A stretch of 64,000 bases of DNA from Flavobacteriaceae bacterium. Lineage in GTDB: Bacteria; Bacteroidota; Bacteroidia; Flavobacteriales; Weeksellaceae. The stretch lies in contig JAITMJ010000067.1 of the NCBI GenBank assembly GCA_031277475.1, forward strand, positions 2,107-66,106, read 5' to 3'. The notes beneath the pieces were generated by a model. The model was not told the origin of the DNA and made no database searches. It saw only the letters and a list, made by a program, of their open reading frames with translations. Each line of letters opens with the position of its first letter. Position 1 is the first letter of the stretch. Below are positions 44,929 through 54,424 of this stretch, piece by piece. The translations under genes were made by a program, and so were the position numbers.

Positions 44929-47787
44929 ATGAATACTACAAAATTTGTAAACCGCCACATTTCCCTAAACGAAAACGATAAACAAGAAATGCTGGCAAAA
45001 ACGGGCGTTTCATCCGTAGAAGAATTGATCAACCAAACCATTCCCGAATCCATTCGTTTGAAAAAAGATTTGGAAATCTCCGAGCCGCTTTCCGAATACA
45101 AAATGCTGCAACATTCCAAAGATTTGGCGGCGAAAAATATGGTGGCAGACAACTACATCGGTTTCGGATATTTCGGGACTATTTTGCCTTCGCCGATTCT
45201 CAGAAATATTTTTGAAAATCCGAGTTGGTACACCGCATACACGCCGTATCAAGCGGAAATTGCGCAAGGCAGATTGGAAGCACTGCTGAATTTCCAAACC
45301 GTAATCTGCGATTTGACGGGTTTTCCGCTCGCGAACGCTTCACTTTTAGACGAAGGAACGGCTGCCGCAGAAGCGATGCACATGTTTTTTGAAAGCCGAA
45401 CAAAAGAACAAAAAAATGCGAATGCACGAAAATTTTTCGTCTCCGATTTGACGCTTCCGCAAACCATCGCCGTTTTGAAAACCAAAGCCGAATGTTTTGA
45501 AATCGAAATCGTGGTCGGAAATCATAAAGAATATCCGTTAGACGCTTCTTTTTTCGGTGTTTTGCTTCAATATCCGGGAAAAAACGGCGTGGTTCAGGAT
45601 TATTCCGAATCTATAAAAACTTACAAATCGCTTGGTTTACAAGTGGTTATGGCTTGCGACATTTTATCTTTGGTAAAACTGAAATCTCCGGCAGAAATGG
45701 GAGCAGATTGTGCAGTCGGCACATCGCAACGTTTCGGAATTCCAATGGGTTACGGCGGACCTCACGCTGCATTTTTTGCCTGCAAAGAAGATTACAAAAG
45801 AGATATTCCCGGAAGAATCATCGGGATTTCGCAGGATATGTACGGAAAACGCGCGCTCAGAATGGCTTTGCAAACCCGCGAACAGCACATCAAAAGAGAA
45901 AGAGCCACGTCCAATATTTGTACGGCGCAAGTTCTTTTGGCGGTAATGGCAGGAATGTACGCCGTTTATCACGGTCCGAAAGGTTTGAAATTCATCGCAG
46001 ACCAAATTCATTACAAAGCCAATGCGCTGAACGCCGCCCTGAAAATTTTGGGATTCAACGTGGTAGAAGATCCGGTGTTCGATACTGTGAAAATTCGGAT
46101 GAAGGAAAGCGACAAACTCTCGTTGAAACTTTTAATGCAAAATCAGCACATCAATTTGAATTATTTTTCCGAAGACATCGTCAGTATTTCGATTGATGAA
46201 ACCTCCACGATGGAAAAAATCCAAAAACTTCTCAATGCTTTTGCTACTTTTTTAAATAAACAAAGTTTTAAACTTTCGCTTAAAGAAAACTATTCCATTC
46301 CCGAAGAATTGTTGAGAAAAGATGATATTTTGACGGAAGATGTTTTTAATAAATACCATACGGAAACCGAATTGATGCGCTACATCAAACGTTTGGAACG
46401 CAAAGATCTCTCGCTCACACATTCTATGATTTCGCTCGGTTCTTGCACGATGAAACTGAACGCCGCTACGGAAATGCTGCCGCTTTCGTGGTCGGAATGG
46501 GGAAATATTCATCCTTTTGTTCCTGCCGAACAAGCCGGCGGTTATCAAGAAATCATCAAAGAATTGGAAAAAGATTTGGCAGAAATCACCGGATTTTCGG
46601 GAGTTTCCGTTCAGCCCAATTCCGGAGCGCAAGGCGAATATGCCGGTTTGATGGTGATTCGGCATTACCACAAATCCAAAGGAAACGAACACCGAAATAT
46701 CGTTTTGATTCCGCAATCCGCACACGGAACCAATCCCGCTTCCGCAGTGATGGCGGGAATGAAAGTGGTGGTGGTGAAAAATCTTGAAAACGGCGAAATA
46801 GATTTTGAAGATTTAAAACAAAAAGCCGAAGAACACAAGGAAAATCTATCGGCAGTGATGATTACTTATCCTTCTACTTACGGATTTTTCGATTCCAATA
46901 TTAAAGAAATCACGAAATTGATTCACGATTTCGGCGGACAAGTTTATATGGACGGCGCGAATATGAATGCGCAAGTCGGGTTCACAAGTCCGGGAAATAT
47001 CGGTGCAGACGTTTGCCATTTGAATTTGCATAAAACGTTCGCAATTCCGCACGGTGGCGGCGGTCCGGGTGTTGGTCCCATTTGCGTAGCCAAACATTTG
47101 GTTCCGTTTTTGCCAAGCAATCCGAACATCAAAATCGGCGGAAAAGAAGCGATTGACGCTATTTCCTCAGCACCTTACGGTTCGGGTTTTATCCTGAATA
47201 TTTCTTATGCTTACATCAAAATGCTCGGAACTTATGGTTTGAAAAAAGCAACCGAACACGCTATTTTGAACGCCAATTATTTAAAAGAAATTTTGGCGGA
47301 ACATTTTCCGATTTTGTATGCGAATGAAAACGGACGCGTTGCCCACGAATGTATCGTGGATTTTCGTCAGTTTAAAGCAGTCGGAATTGAAGTTGCCGAT
47401 GTTGCAAAAAGATTGATGGACTACGGATTCCACGCGCCTACGGTTTCATTTCCCGTTGCCGGAACTCTGATGATTGAACCTACGGAATCCGAAAGCAAGG
47501 AAGAAATTGACCGTTTTGCGGAAGCCTTAATTCATATTAAAAAAGAAATTGATGAAATTGCAGTCGGAAAATTTGATGCCCAAAACAATGTTTTGAAAAA
47601 TGCGCCGCACACGGAACAAGTTGTGATTTCCGATGGTTGGGACAAACCTTACAGCCGCGAAAAAGCAGCCTATCCGCTGAATTGGGTGCGAACCCGCAAA
47701 TTTTTTGCATCGGTTTCCCGAATAGATGAAGCGTTCGGCGACAGAAATCTGATTTGCACCTGCGAACCGATTGAAAGTTATATGTGA
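44929..47787 (+). CDS. gcvP: glycine dehydrogenase (aminomethyl-transferring), glycine cleavage P protein
   Basis: 952 aa, single-chain P protein, with the PLP-Lys context HLNLHKTFAIPHGGGGPG. Confidence 0.97.
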   Translation: MNTTKFVNRHISLNENDKQEMLAKTGVSSVEELINQTIPESIRLKKDLEISEPLSEYKMLQHSKDLAAKNMVADNYIGFGYFGTILPSPILRNIFENPSWYTAYTPYQAEIAQGRLEALLNFQTVICDLTGFPLANASLLDEGTAAAEAMHMFFESRTKEQKNANARKFFVSDLTLPQTIAVLKTKAECFEIEIVVGNHKEYPLDASFFGVLLQYPGKNGVVQDYSESIKTYKSLGLQVVMACDILSLVKLKSPAEMGADCAVGTSQRFGIPMGYGGPHAAFFACKEDYKRDIPGRIIGISQDMYGKRALRMALQTREQHIKRERATSNICTAQVLLAVMAGMYAVYHGPKGLKFIADQIHYKANALNAALKILGFNVVEDPVFDTVKIRMKESDKLSLKLLMQNQHINLNYFSEDIVSISIDETSTMEKIQKLLNAFATFLNKQSFKLSLKENYSIPEELLRKDDILTEDVFNKYHTETELMRYIKRLERKDLSLTHSMISLGSCTMKLNAATEMLPLSWSEWGNIHPFVPAEQAGGYQEIIKELEKDLAEITGFSGVSVQPNSGAQGEYAGLMVIRHYHKSKGNEHRNIVLIPQSAHGTNPASAVMAGMKVVVVKNLENGEIDFEDLKQKAEEHKENLSAVMITYPSTYGFFDSNIKEITKLIHDFGGQVYMDGANMNAQVGFTSPGNIGADVCHLNLHKTFAIPHGGGGPGVGPICVAKHLVPFLPSNPNIKIGGKEAIDAISSAPYGSGFILNISYAYIKMLGTYGLKKATEHAILNANYLKEILAEHFPILYANENGRVAHECIVDFRQFKAVGIEVADVAKRLMDYGFHAPTVSFPVAGTLMIEPTESESKEEIDRFAEALIHIKKEIDEIAVGKFDAQNNVLKNAPHTEQVVISDGWDKPYSREKAAYPLNWVRTRKFFASVSRIDEAFGDRNLICTCEPIESYM

Positions 47788-47838
47788 AGTGAAAATGATG
47801 CGGACGTTAAAGCACAAGAAAAATTTGTGTCTTTGCAG

Positions 47839-47864
47839 CTTTGCGTGAAAAAATCCACGCAAAG
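47839..47864. other. perfect 9-bp-stem hairpin CTTTGCGTG-N8-CACGCAAAG between convergent gcvP and lpxB
   Basis: The hairpin is visible directly. There is no U-tract on either side, so it is not a canonical intrinsic terminator. It shares the CTTTGCG/CGCAAAG words with the 295-bp repeat family. Confidence 0.5.
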
Positions 47865-47921
47865 CCGCAAGAATGCAGAGATGTTTCTATAATTTTATAT
47901 TTTTTTAATGCGTTTGACTTG

Positions 47922-49037
47922 TCAGGTTTTCAATTCGACTAACGTTCCGATGATCTCCGTAGCCTTTTCGCCGGCACCTTTTCCGCCGAGTTTTTGCCGA
48001 AGTTCCGCATAATCCGAAAGTATTTTTTGTCGGTTTTCGCCGAGGATTTTTTGGAGTTCCGCGATTAAATTTTTTGTAGTTAAATCGTTCTGAATCAATT
48101 CTTTAACGACTTCTTTATCCATAATCAAATTCACCAACGAAATGTATTTGATGTTTTTGATTAAACGTTTCCCGATTTCGTAGGAAATGCGGCTTCCTTT
48201 GTAGCAAACCACTTCGGGAACGTTCAAAAGTGCGGTTTCCAAAGTGGCGGTTCCGGAAGTGGCGAGCGCGGCTCGGGAACAGCGCAGCAAATCGTAGGTT
48301 TTGTTGGATACAAAATGCACGTTTTCGTCCACATATTTTTCGTAGAAATCTTTGGACAAACTCGGTGCTCCGGCGATTACAAATTGATAATCAGTAAAAT
48401 ACGGACGAACGGAAAGCATGGTTCCCAACATTTTTTTCACTTCTTGTTTTCGCGAACCGGGCAAAAGCGCGATGATTTCTTTTTCGTTCAATCCGTTTTC
48501 TTGTTTAAATTTTTCGGTGTTGATTTCCGGCAAATCCGAAATGGCATCCAACAAAGGATGTCCCACGAAATGGGCATCAACATTGTGTTTTTTATAAAAA
48601 TCTTTTTCAAACGGAAGGATTACGAGCATTTCATCCACATATTTTTTGATGATTTCCACGCGATTTTCTTTCCACGCCCAAAGTTGCGGTGAAATGTAAT
48701 AAACGATTTTTATCCCCAATTTTTTTGCGAATTTCGCAATGCGGAGATTGAATCCGGGGTAATCCACCAAAATCAAGACATCGGGTTTATAGTTTTTAAT
48801 GTCTTTTTTAGCGAATTTGATGTTGTTTAAAATGGTTTTCAGATTCAGAACCACTTCCAGAAATCCCATAAACGCCAAATCTCGGTAATGTTTTACCAAA
48901 GTTCCGCCGATGTTTTGCATCAAATCTCCGCCCCAAAACCGAAATTCCGCGTTTTTATCTTTTTGCGAAATGGCTTTCATCAGGTTGCTTCCGTGCAAAT
49001 CTCCGGACGCTTCGCCGGCAATAATGTAGTATTTCAA
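47922..49037 (-). CDS. lpxB: lipid-A-disaccharide synthase
   Basis: 371 aa with N-terminus YYIIAGEASGDLHG and LLPGSR, conserved LpxB blocks. Confidence 0.95.
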   Translation of the reverse strand: MKYYIIAGEASGDLHGSNLMKAISQKDKNAEFRFWGGDLMQNIGGTLVKHYRDLAFMGFLEVVLNLKTILNNIKFAKKDIKNYKPDVLILVDYPGFNLRIAKFAKKLGIKIVYYISPQLWAWKENRVEIIKKYVDEMLVILPFEKDFYKKHNVDAHFVGHPLLDAISDLPEINTEKFKQENGLNEKEIIALLPGSRKQEVKKMLGTMLSVRPYFTDYQFVIAGAPSLSKDFYEKYVDENVHFVSNKTYDLLRCSRAALATSGTATLETALLNVPEVVCYKGSRISYEIGKRLIKNIKYISLVNLIMDKEVVKELIQNDLTTKNLIAELQKILGENRQKILSDYAELRQKLGGKGAGEKATEIIGTLVELKT

Positions 49038-49154
49038 GGGTTTAAATTTTCAGGGAATATTTAATTTCAATTAACATAAGATGCTTATTATTAATCGTTT
49101 ATAAAATTTGAGATACGGATTCTTATTGTATTTTTTTCAAAATTTAAACACAGA

Positions 49155-49820
49155 TTAAAATTCCATATATTTTTGAAAAAATTCAAATCTGTCTTTCACG
49201 AGTTCTTCTTTTTCATCGTCATAATATTTATGAAGCACGCTGTAGCCGTATCTTTCAAAGGTTTCGCCGATTGATCTGAGATTTTCGCCACTGATTTTCA
49301 GAGAAATTTGAATCGCATCATCCGATATTCCGCTGATGTAGCAGCCGTAGATTTTTGCATTGTTGCTTTCCACAATATTGGTAATTTCCGTGAAGGAATA
49401 GCATTTGTTGTTGGTTTGTATCACCAAAAAAGCCCCGTTTTCTGAGAACAACGGATATTTTGAAAACTCATTGAAAATATCATCACTCGAAAGATAGCCT
49501 AAATATTGTTCTTCAATATTGATAACCGGAATCACATTTGCATTAAAAACATGAAACAATCGTATGGAATCCAATAGGTTAGCGTCTTCTGTTATCGCAA
49601 ATTTTTCATAATGGATTTGCAATTCATCCAAAAAATGAGATGATTTTTTTTCTGAATTTTCATCTAAAAAAACACGACTCAATGTTCCTTGAAAAATACC
49701 ATTCTTATTGATGAAAATATGCGAATACCCGAATTCTTTTACAATTTCTCGAGCGTCTTCCACTGAATCCGAGACGTTGAACGCCGGATAATCTTTCGTG
49801 ATGTATTCCTTGATAAACAT
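49155..49820 (-). CDS. CBS domain-containing protein
   Basis: 221 aa with an N-terminal CBS pair-like region. The function is not assignable. Confidence 0.65.
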   Translation of the reverse strand: MFIKEYITKDYPAFNVSDSVEDAREIVKEFGYSHIFINKNGIFQGTLSRVFLDENSEKKSSHFLDELQIHYEKFAITEDANLLDSIRLFHVFNANVIPVINIEEQYLGYLSSDDIFNEFSKYPLFSENGAFLVIQTNNKCYSFTEITNIVESNNAKIYGCYISGISDDAIQISLKISGENLRSIGETFERYGYSVLHKYYDDEKEELVKDRFEFFQKYMEF

Positions 49821-49957
49821 TAGACAAATATAATGAATAATGGATAAAGATATTTTGATTATGTCATAAATTATATGATCAGATATTTAATATATTCACA
49901 TCTGTCGATTTGTGACGCGGCTCTTTTTTCTTGTGCCTTGATTTTTGTGTCTCACAT

Positions 49958-51031
49958 CTAATGGTATTTCAACTTCATCCCCGGTTTTATTTTGAGCAAA
50001 GTTTCGTAGATTAATTTAATCACATTTCCCACATCTTCTTTGGAAACCATTTCCACGGTGGTGTGCATATATCGCAAAGGCAGGGAAATCAGCGCGCTCG
50101 GAACGCCGCCGTTGGAATGTGCAAAAGCGTCTGTATCGGTTCCTGTGGATCTGCTGGAAGCCGCCCGCTGAAACGGAATTTTTTTGGATTTTGCGGTTTC
50201 GAGAATCATCTCGCGAATGTTGTGATGAACGCTCGGCGCGAAAAAAATCACCGGTCCGCCGCCGCATTTTTGGTCGCCTTCTTTTTTCTTTTCAATCATC
50301 GGCGTAGTTGTGTCGTGCGTAACGTCAGTAACGATGGTAACATTCGGTTTTATGGTGTCTGCAATCATATCCGCGCCGTATAAACCGACTTCTTCTTGCA
50401 CGGAATTGGTAACATACAAACCGAACGGAAGCGTTTTTTTATTTTCCTTTAAAAGCCTTGCAACTTCGGCAATCATAAATCCTCCGATTCTGTTGTCCAA
50501 CGCTCTGCAAACGAAATAGCGGTTGTTCATTTCAAAAAATTCGTCGGGATAAGTAATCATACAGCCGACATAAATTCCCAAATCTTCCACTTCTTTTTTG
50601 GTAATCGCGCCGCAGTCGATAAAAATATTTTCAATTTTCGGAACCGGATCGTTTTTTCCGTCTCTCGTATGAATGGCAGGCCAGCCGAAAACGCCTTTCA
50701 CAATTCCTTTTTCGCCGTGAATATGAACCACTTTTGAGGGAGCAATGGTTTGGTCGGAGCCTCCGTTTCGGATTACATAAATCAAGCCGTCGTCCGTAAT
50801 ATAATTCACATACCACGAGATTTCATCGGCGTGTGCTTCGATGACGACTTTAAATTTCGCTTCCGGATTCACAATTCCGTAGCACGTTCCGTAGTGATCA
50901 AACTCGATTTTATCCACATAAGGTCGAATATAATCCATCCAAACTTTTTGTCCGCGATGTTCGTAACCTGTTGGTGAAGAAGTATTTAAATATTCTTCTA
51001 AAAATTTCAGTGATTTTTTTTCAAATTTCAT
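49958..51031 (-). CDS. M42 family metallopeptidase (glutamyl aminopeptidase/endoglucanase-like)
   Basis: 357 aa with metal-ligand contexts EAHADEI, ALDNRIG, VQEEVGLYGA and HT.VE typical of M42. Confidence 0.9.
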   Translation of the reverse strand: MKFEKKSLKFLEEYLNTSSPTGYEHRGQKVWMDYIRPYVDKIEFDHYGTCYGIVNPEAKFKVVIEAHADEISWYVNYITDDGLIYVIRNGGSDQTIAPSKVVHIHGEKGIVKGVFGWPAIHTRDGKNDPVPKIENIFIDCGAITKKEVEDLGIYVGCMITYPDEFFEMNNRYFVCRALDNRIGGFMIAEVARLLKENKKTLPFGLYVTNSVQEEVGLYGADMIADTIKPNVTIVTDVTHDTTTPMIEKKKEGDQKCGGGPVIFFAPSVHHNIREMILETAKSKKIPFQRAASSRSTGTDTDAFAHSNGGVPSALISLPLRYMHTTVEMVSKEDVGNVIKLIYETLLKIKPGMKLKYH

Positions 51032-51110
51032 AAAAGGAAATATTTTTTTTGAGTTCGTAAATTTACTGAAAATTCCGTGTAAAAAAAGTGGTATTACAAA
51101 CTGCGACAGT
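50987..51110. repeat. promoter/5-prime-end segment of the M42 peptidase gene, copy A (in place)
   Basis: Covers codons 1-15 of the peptidase gene plus about 80 nt upstream. It is about 90 percent identical by eye to 52101-52222, and its distal two-thirds matches 51734-51800. Confidence 0.9.
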
Positions 51111-51152
51111 TATATTTTCCGATATAATTTTTGAGCCGTAAGTTTAAAAAAT

Positions 51153-51168
51153 CCTCCAGACTCGGAGG
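51153..51168 (-). terminator. possible terminator after the lipocalin-like gene
   Basis: Stem CCTCC / GGAGG with a 6-nt loop, followed on the minus strand by ATTTTTTAAA. The stem is short. Confidence 0.4.
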
Positions 51169-51246
51169 GTTTTGGTTTTTAAAATGATGATCACGCGAAA
51201 GGGATTCGTGCGGGAGTGGGGCGTTTATAATTATAAAAGTTGATGA

Positions 51247-51687
51247 TTACCTCACAAAATACTGTCTTCCATAATCATCAACTCCATCTTCATTATCATC
51301 GGTTTCCCACATAGGCTCTGATGTTTGAATGGTCAACTTATTGGAGGAAAGTTCTAAAACTTTATGTTCAACACCATTATACATTATCGTTTTTTGAGAC
51401 TTATCATATGCGTAATAATCTTTATATTCAGGAATTTGTTCACAAGTACCCATTAAATAATATCTGTTTACAATTACACTTCCGTCCGACTTAAATTCAT
51501 AAGTACTTTTTTGAACGCAGGAATTTTCATTCGTTCGTAATACGGTAGTGCCATCTTTTCCCGACAGAATAACACTTTTTTGAAAATTCCACATTCCAAC
51601 AATGTTTACATTATCATTAGAATCGGAATCCCTGTTGCAAGATAAAGCGAATAATACTAATGCGCTAATTATCAATACTTTTCTCAT
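51247..51687 (-). CDS. lipocalin-like domain lipoprotein
   Basis: 146 aa with MRKVLIISALVLFALSCNRD (lipobox) and the GMWNF motif typical of the small lipocalin_4-type lipoproteins of Bacteroidota. Confidence 0.7.
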   Translation of the reverse strand: MRKVLIISALVLFALSCNRDSDSNDNVNIVGMWNFQKSVILSGKDGTTVLRTNENSCVQKSTYEFKSDGSVIVNRYYLMGTCEQIPEYKDYYAYDKSQKTIMYNGVEHKVLELSSNKLTIQTSEPMWETDDNEDGVDDYGRQYFVR

Positions 51688-51733
51688 TCTTAAATCGATT
51701 TTAATAACCGCAAATATAAAAATTTTTTAATGT

Positions 51734-51800
51734 AATTTTTGAGTCCGTAAATTTACTGAAAATTCTGTGTAAAAAAAGTGGTATCACATTTTGTGATACC
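51734..51800. repeat. promoter-segment repeat, copy C (upstream of the lipocalin-like gene)
   Basis: AATTTTTGAGTCCGTAAATTTACTGAAAATTCTGTGTAAAAAAAGTGGTATCACA..., ending in a perfect 9-bp hairpin GGTATCACA-TTT-TGTGATACC (51780-51800). Confidence 0.9.
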
Positions 51801-51836
51801 ATCTGATTGGTGATTATTTAACTTCATTATTATCTA

Positions 51837-52058
51837 TCAGATATTGTCCCATTCTTCACGCATTTTTTTGGTGTGTTGAATAAAATTTTTGGCACTGTTT
51901 TTTGATAACACGCCACGAAATTTATCCGACAGCCGCGTTGCAGTTTTTGGTTTTTCTTCAATCACATCAAACGTCACAAATACCTGCTTGCCTACGAAAG
52001 AGGACGGCACAGGCAAAGAAACTTTTGTTTTGCGCGGGATGATGATTGTACTTGCCAT
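51837..52058 (-). CDS. hypothetical 73-aa protein
   Basis: ORF MASTIIIPRKTKVSLPVPSSFVGKQVFVTFDVIEE... I do not recognise a family confidently. It is preceded by a 27-codon chimeric leader ORF (52062-52145). Confidence 0.5.
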   Translation of the reverse strand: MASTIIIPRKTKVSLPVPSSFVGKQVFVTFDVIEEKPKTATRLSDKFRGVLSKNSAKNFIQHTKKMREEWDNI

Positions 52059-52100
52059 AATTCAAATTGTTTTTACAAAAGTAATGTTTTTTGGCTTTTC

Positions 52101-52222
52101 TAAATATTCCTCCATAAACTTCAGTGATTTTTTTTCAAATTTCATAAAAGGAAATATTTTTTTTGAGTCCGTAAATTTAGTGAAAATTCTGTGTAAAAAA
52201 TGGCATCACAAAATGTGAAAGT
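52101..52222. repeat. promoter/5-prime-end segment of the M42 peptidase gene, copy B (displaced duplicate)
   Basis: Contains a duplicate ATG and 15 near-identical codons (MKFEKKSLKFMEEYL versus MKFEKKSLKFLEEYL) plus the upstream about 75 nt. Confidence 0.9.
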
Positions 52223-52255
52223 CAAAAAAGAAAAACAGGACAAATTTAAAATAAA

Positions 52256-52286
52256 CTATCCGCAACAAAAAAATCATTGCGGATAG
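52256..52286 (-). terminator. rho-independent terminator after norB
   Basis: 10-bp stem CTATCCGCAA / TTGCGGATAG with an 11-nt loop, followed on the minus strand by TTTATTTT. Confidence 0.7.
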
Positions 52287-52305
52287 AACCATAAAAAAAG
52301 ATAGT

Positions 52306-53640
52306 TTATTGTGTGATTATGGCTTCGTCATTGGGTTTGCCGTATTTTATAAATTCCAAAATATAAAGAATGATACCTGTGGTAAACATTGTGGCACATA
52401 GAAGAAGTATGACGAAATGCACTTTGATTTCGTTTTGAACATCGCCAAAATCCATTCCCATTTTGCGCTCCAAATAAACCTGTGCAACTCCGGCTACACC
52501 GAAAGCGACCGTCATTCCTAACATTCCGATATTGGATAGCCAAAATGCGTAGGTGCCTCTTGCCGTATCATACAGTTTTCTGCCCGTGAAATTCGGCATT
52601 GCGTAGGAAATAAACGCCATGACAATCATCGCATAAGCACCCCAAAAAGCGAGATGTCCGTGCATAGCCGTTACCAAAGTTCCGTGTGTGTAAAGGTTTA
52701 CTTGCGGCAATGTGTGAGCCAAGCCCAGCAATCCGGCTCCGGTGAAAGCAACGACGGCTGTTCCCAAAGTCCAGTTCAATGCTAATTTGTTTGGATGTTT
52801 CTTTTCGCCTTTTCGATACATATTTATGGCAAACAAAGCCATTCCCAAAAATGCCAAAGGCTCAAGTGCGGAGAAAATTCCACCAACAATCAGCCAAATT
52901 TTTCCTGCACCGATGTAATAATAGTGGTGTCCTGTTCCGAGAATTCCGGAAATAAACGTTAATCCCACAATCACATACAGCCATTTTTCTATCACCTCTC
53001 TGTCCACGCCTGTCAGTTTGATGAGCAGAAATGAAAGAATACCGCCGAGAATCAATTCCCAAACGCCTTCTACCCAAAGGTGAACTACCCACCAGCGGAA
53101 AAAAGAATCCATGGTTTGATTGTCAAACCAAATCATTCCGGGAAGATAGAGTAATGCCGCAAACACAAGCCCCATTGATAAAACCAATGATGTGGTTGTT
53201 CGCTTTTTGCTTTTAAATAATGTGGCGAGAATCAAACCGAGAAACAGCAATACATTGACGACTACCAAATAATCTAATGGGCGCGGAATTTCTAAAAATT
53301 TTCTTCCTTCCCAGTAATTAAAATGATAACCAACAATAGCAATTACACCTACAACTGCCAATGAAATCAGTTGAACATAGGCTAATTTCACATTCACCAA
53401 TTCGCGTTCTGCTTCTTCGGGAATGATGTAATAGGCGGCACCCATAAAACCGGTGAGTAACCAAACCACCAACAAATTAGTATGAACGGCACGAGCAGTA
53501 TTGAAAGGAATAAAATCGTGCAAATTGTCATAACCAATGCGAGCAAAGCCCATGATAAAACCATACGTAAGTTGCAACACAAGCAACAACATCGCCAATG
53601 CGAAAAACCAATAGGCTACTTTTTGACTTTTGTATTTCAT
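52306..53640 (-). CDS. norB: nitric oxide reductase large subunit NorB (heme-copper oxidase subunit I family)
   Basis: 444 aa. Long near-identical blocks to cNOR NorB as I remember it: FNTARAVHTNLLVVWLLTGFMGAAYYIIPEE, WWVVHLWVEGVWELI, TGVDREVIEKWLYVI, GTGHHYY. Confidence 0.9.
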   Translation of the reverse strand: MKYKSQKVAYWFFALAMLLLVLQLTYGFIMGFARIGYDNLHDFIPFNTARAVHTNLLVVWLLTGFMGAAYYIIPEEAERELVNVKLAYVQLISLAVVGVIAIVGYHFNYWEGRKFLEIPRPLDYLVVVNVLLFLGLILATLFKSKKRTTTSLVLSMGLVFAALLYLPGMIWFDNQTMDSFFRWWVVHLWVEGVWELILGGILSFLLIKLTGVDREVIEKWLYVIVGLTFISGILGTGHHYYYIGAGKIWLIVGGIFSALEPLAFLGMALFAINMYRKGEKKHPNKLALNWTLGTAVVAFTGAGLLGLAHTLPQVNLYTHGTLVTAMHGHLAFWGAYAMIVMAFISYAMPNFTGRKLYDTARGTYAFWLSNIGMLGMTVAFGVAGVAQVYLERKMGMDFGDVQNEIKVHFVILLLCATMFTTGIILYILEFIKYGKPNDEAIITQ

Positions 53641-53649
53641 AACATTAAA

Positions 53650-54090
53650 TTATTGGGAGTTAAGAGTTGATTTGTAAGCCGGTTTTGGCGGAAATCCGTT
53701 GAGGTCGGTTTCGCCAATCCATTTCAGGAAGGCAATAAGTTCATCGGCTTGTTGATCGTTAAAACCGTAAGCCACCATTTTACGTCCTCTCGGTGCCCAA
53801 GGCGCTTTTGAAGTAAGCACGACTTTGATGTAGCCTTCGCCTCTGCGTTCGTAAACTTTCGTAAGTTCCGGAGCGTAATAGGCTCCTTCTCCCAAAATCG
53901 TATGGCAACCCATACAATTGTTTGATTCCCATAAGTGCTTTCCTGCAATCACCTGAGCGGTGATATTTTCTTCATGCGTTTTTACCGGCACATCCTGACT
54001 GATGGAACGCCACGACAATACGATGAATATCAGAAAAGTAACTACTGTTCCGCCCAGAAAAAATATTCGGGCACTGCTTTTTGATAACAT
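53650..54090 (-). CDS. norC: nitric oxide reductase cytochrome c subunit NorC
   Basis: 146 aa with an N-terminal anchor helix and the heme c site in WESNNCMGCHTILGEGAYYAPEL, directly upstream of norB. Confidence 0.85.
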   Translation of the reverse strand: MLSKSSARIFFLGGTVVTFLIFIVLSWRSISQDVPVKTHEENITAQVIAGKHLWESNNCMGCHTILGEGAYYAPELTKVYERRGEGYIKVVLTSKAPWAPRGRKMVAYGFNDQQADELIAFLKWIGETDLNGFPPKPAYKSTLNSQ

Positions 54091-54179
54091 AGAAATAAAG
54101 TTTTTAGTGTAACATGTTTTTCAATTATTATTCGGAAATGTAGGTTTTGTAAAATTAATTTCTTTTTTAATTTCCATAT

Positions 54180-54195
54180 TATGACCATAATCATA
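54180..54195. promoter_or_regulatory. CRP/FNR-type palindrome TATGA-N6-TCATA upstream of norCB
   Basis: 5+5 inverted repeat with a 6-nt spacer, about 90 nt upstream of the norC ATG. The spacing is the same as the TGTGA-N6-TCACA class of sites. Confidence 0.3.
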
Positions 54196-54424
54196 TTTTC
54201 AATCAAAAAAGTTTTTCGTTATGGATTTTATATTGTATCGGTACATTTTTTTGGATATTTTGATGAAATTATATTTTATATTTTTTCCGAACAAGAATGT
54301 CATTGTGTTTGCAAAGAACAATAATTAAAAGAGAATATTTAATTTATTTTACTACGAATAAAATCTTTTATCTTTGCCGTTTAAATTTATAAAAAACAGA
54401 ACTAAAATTAATTTAGTAAAAACA

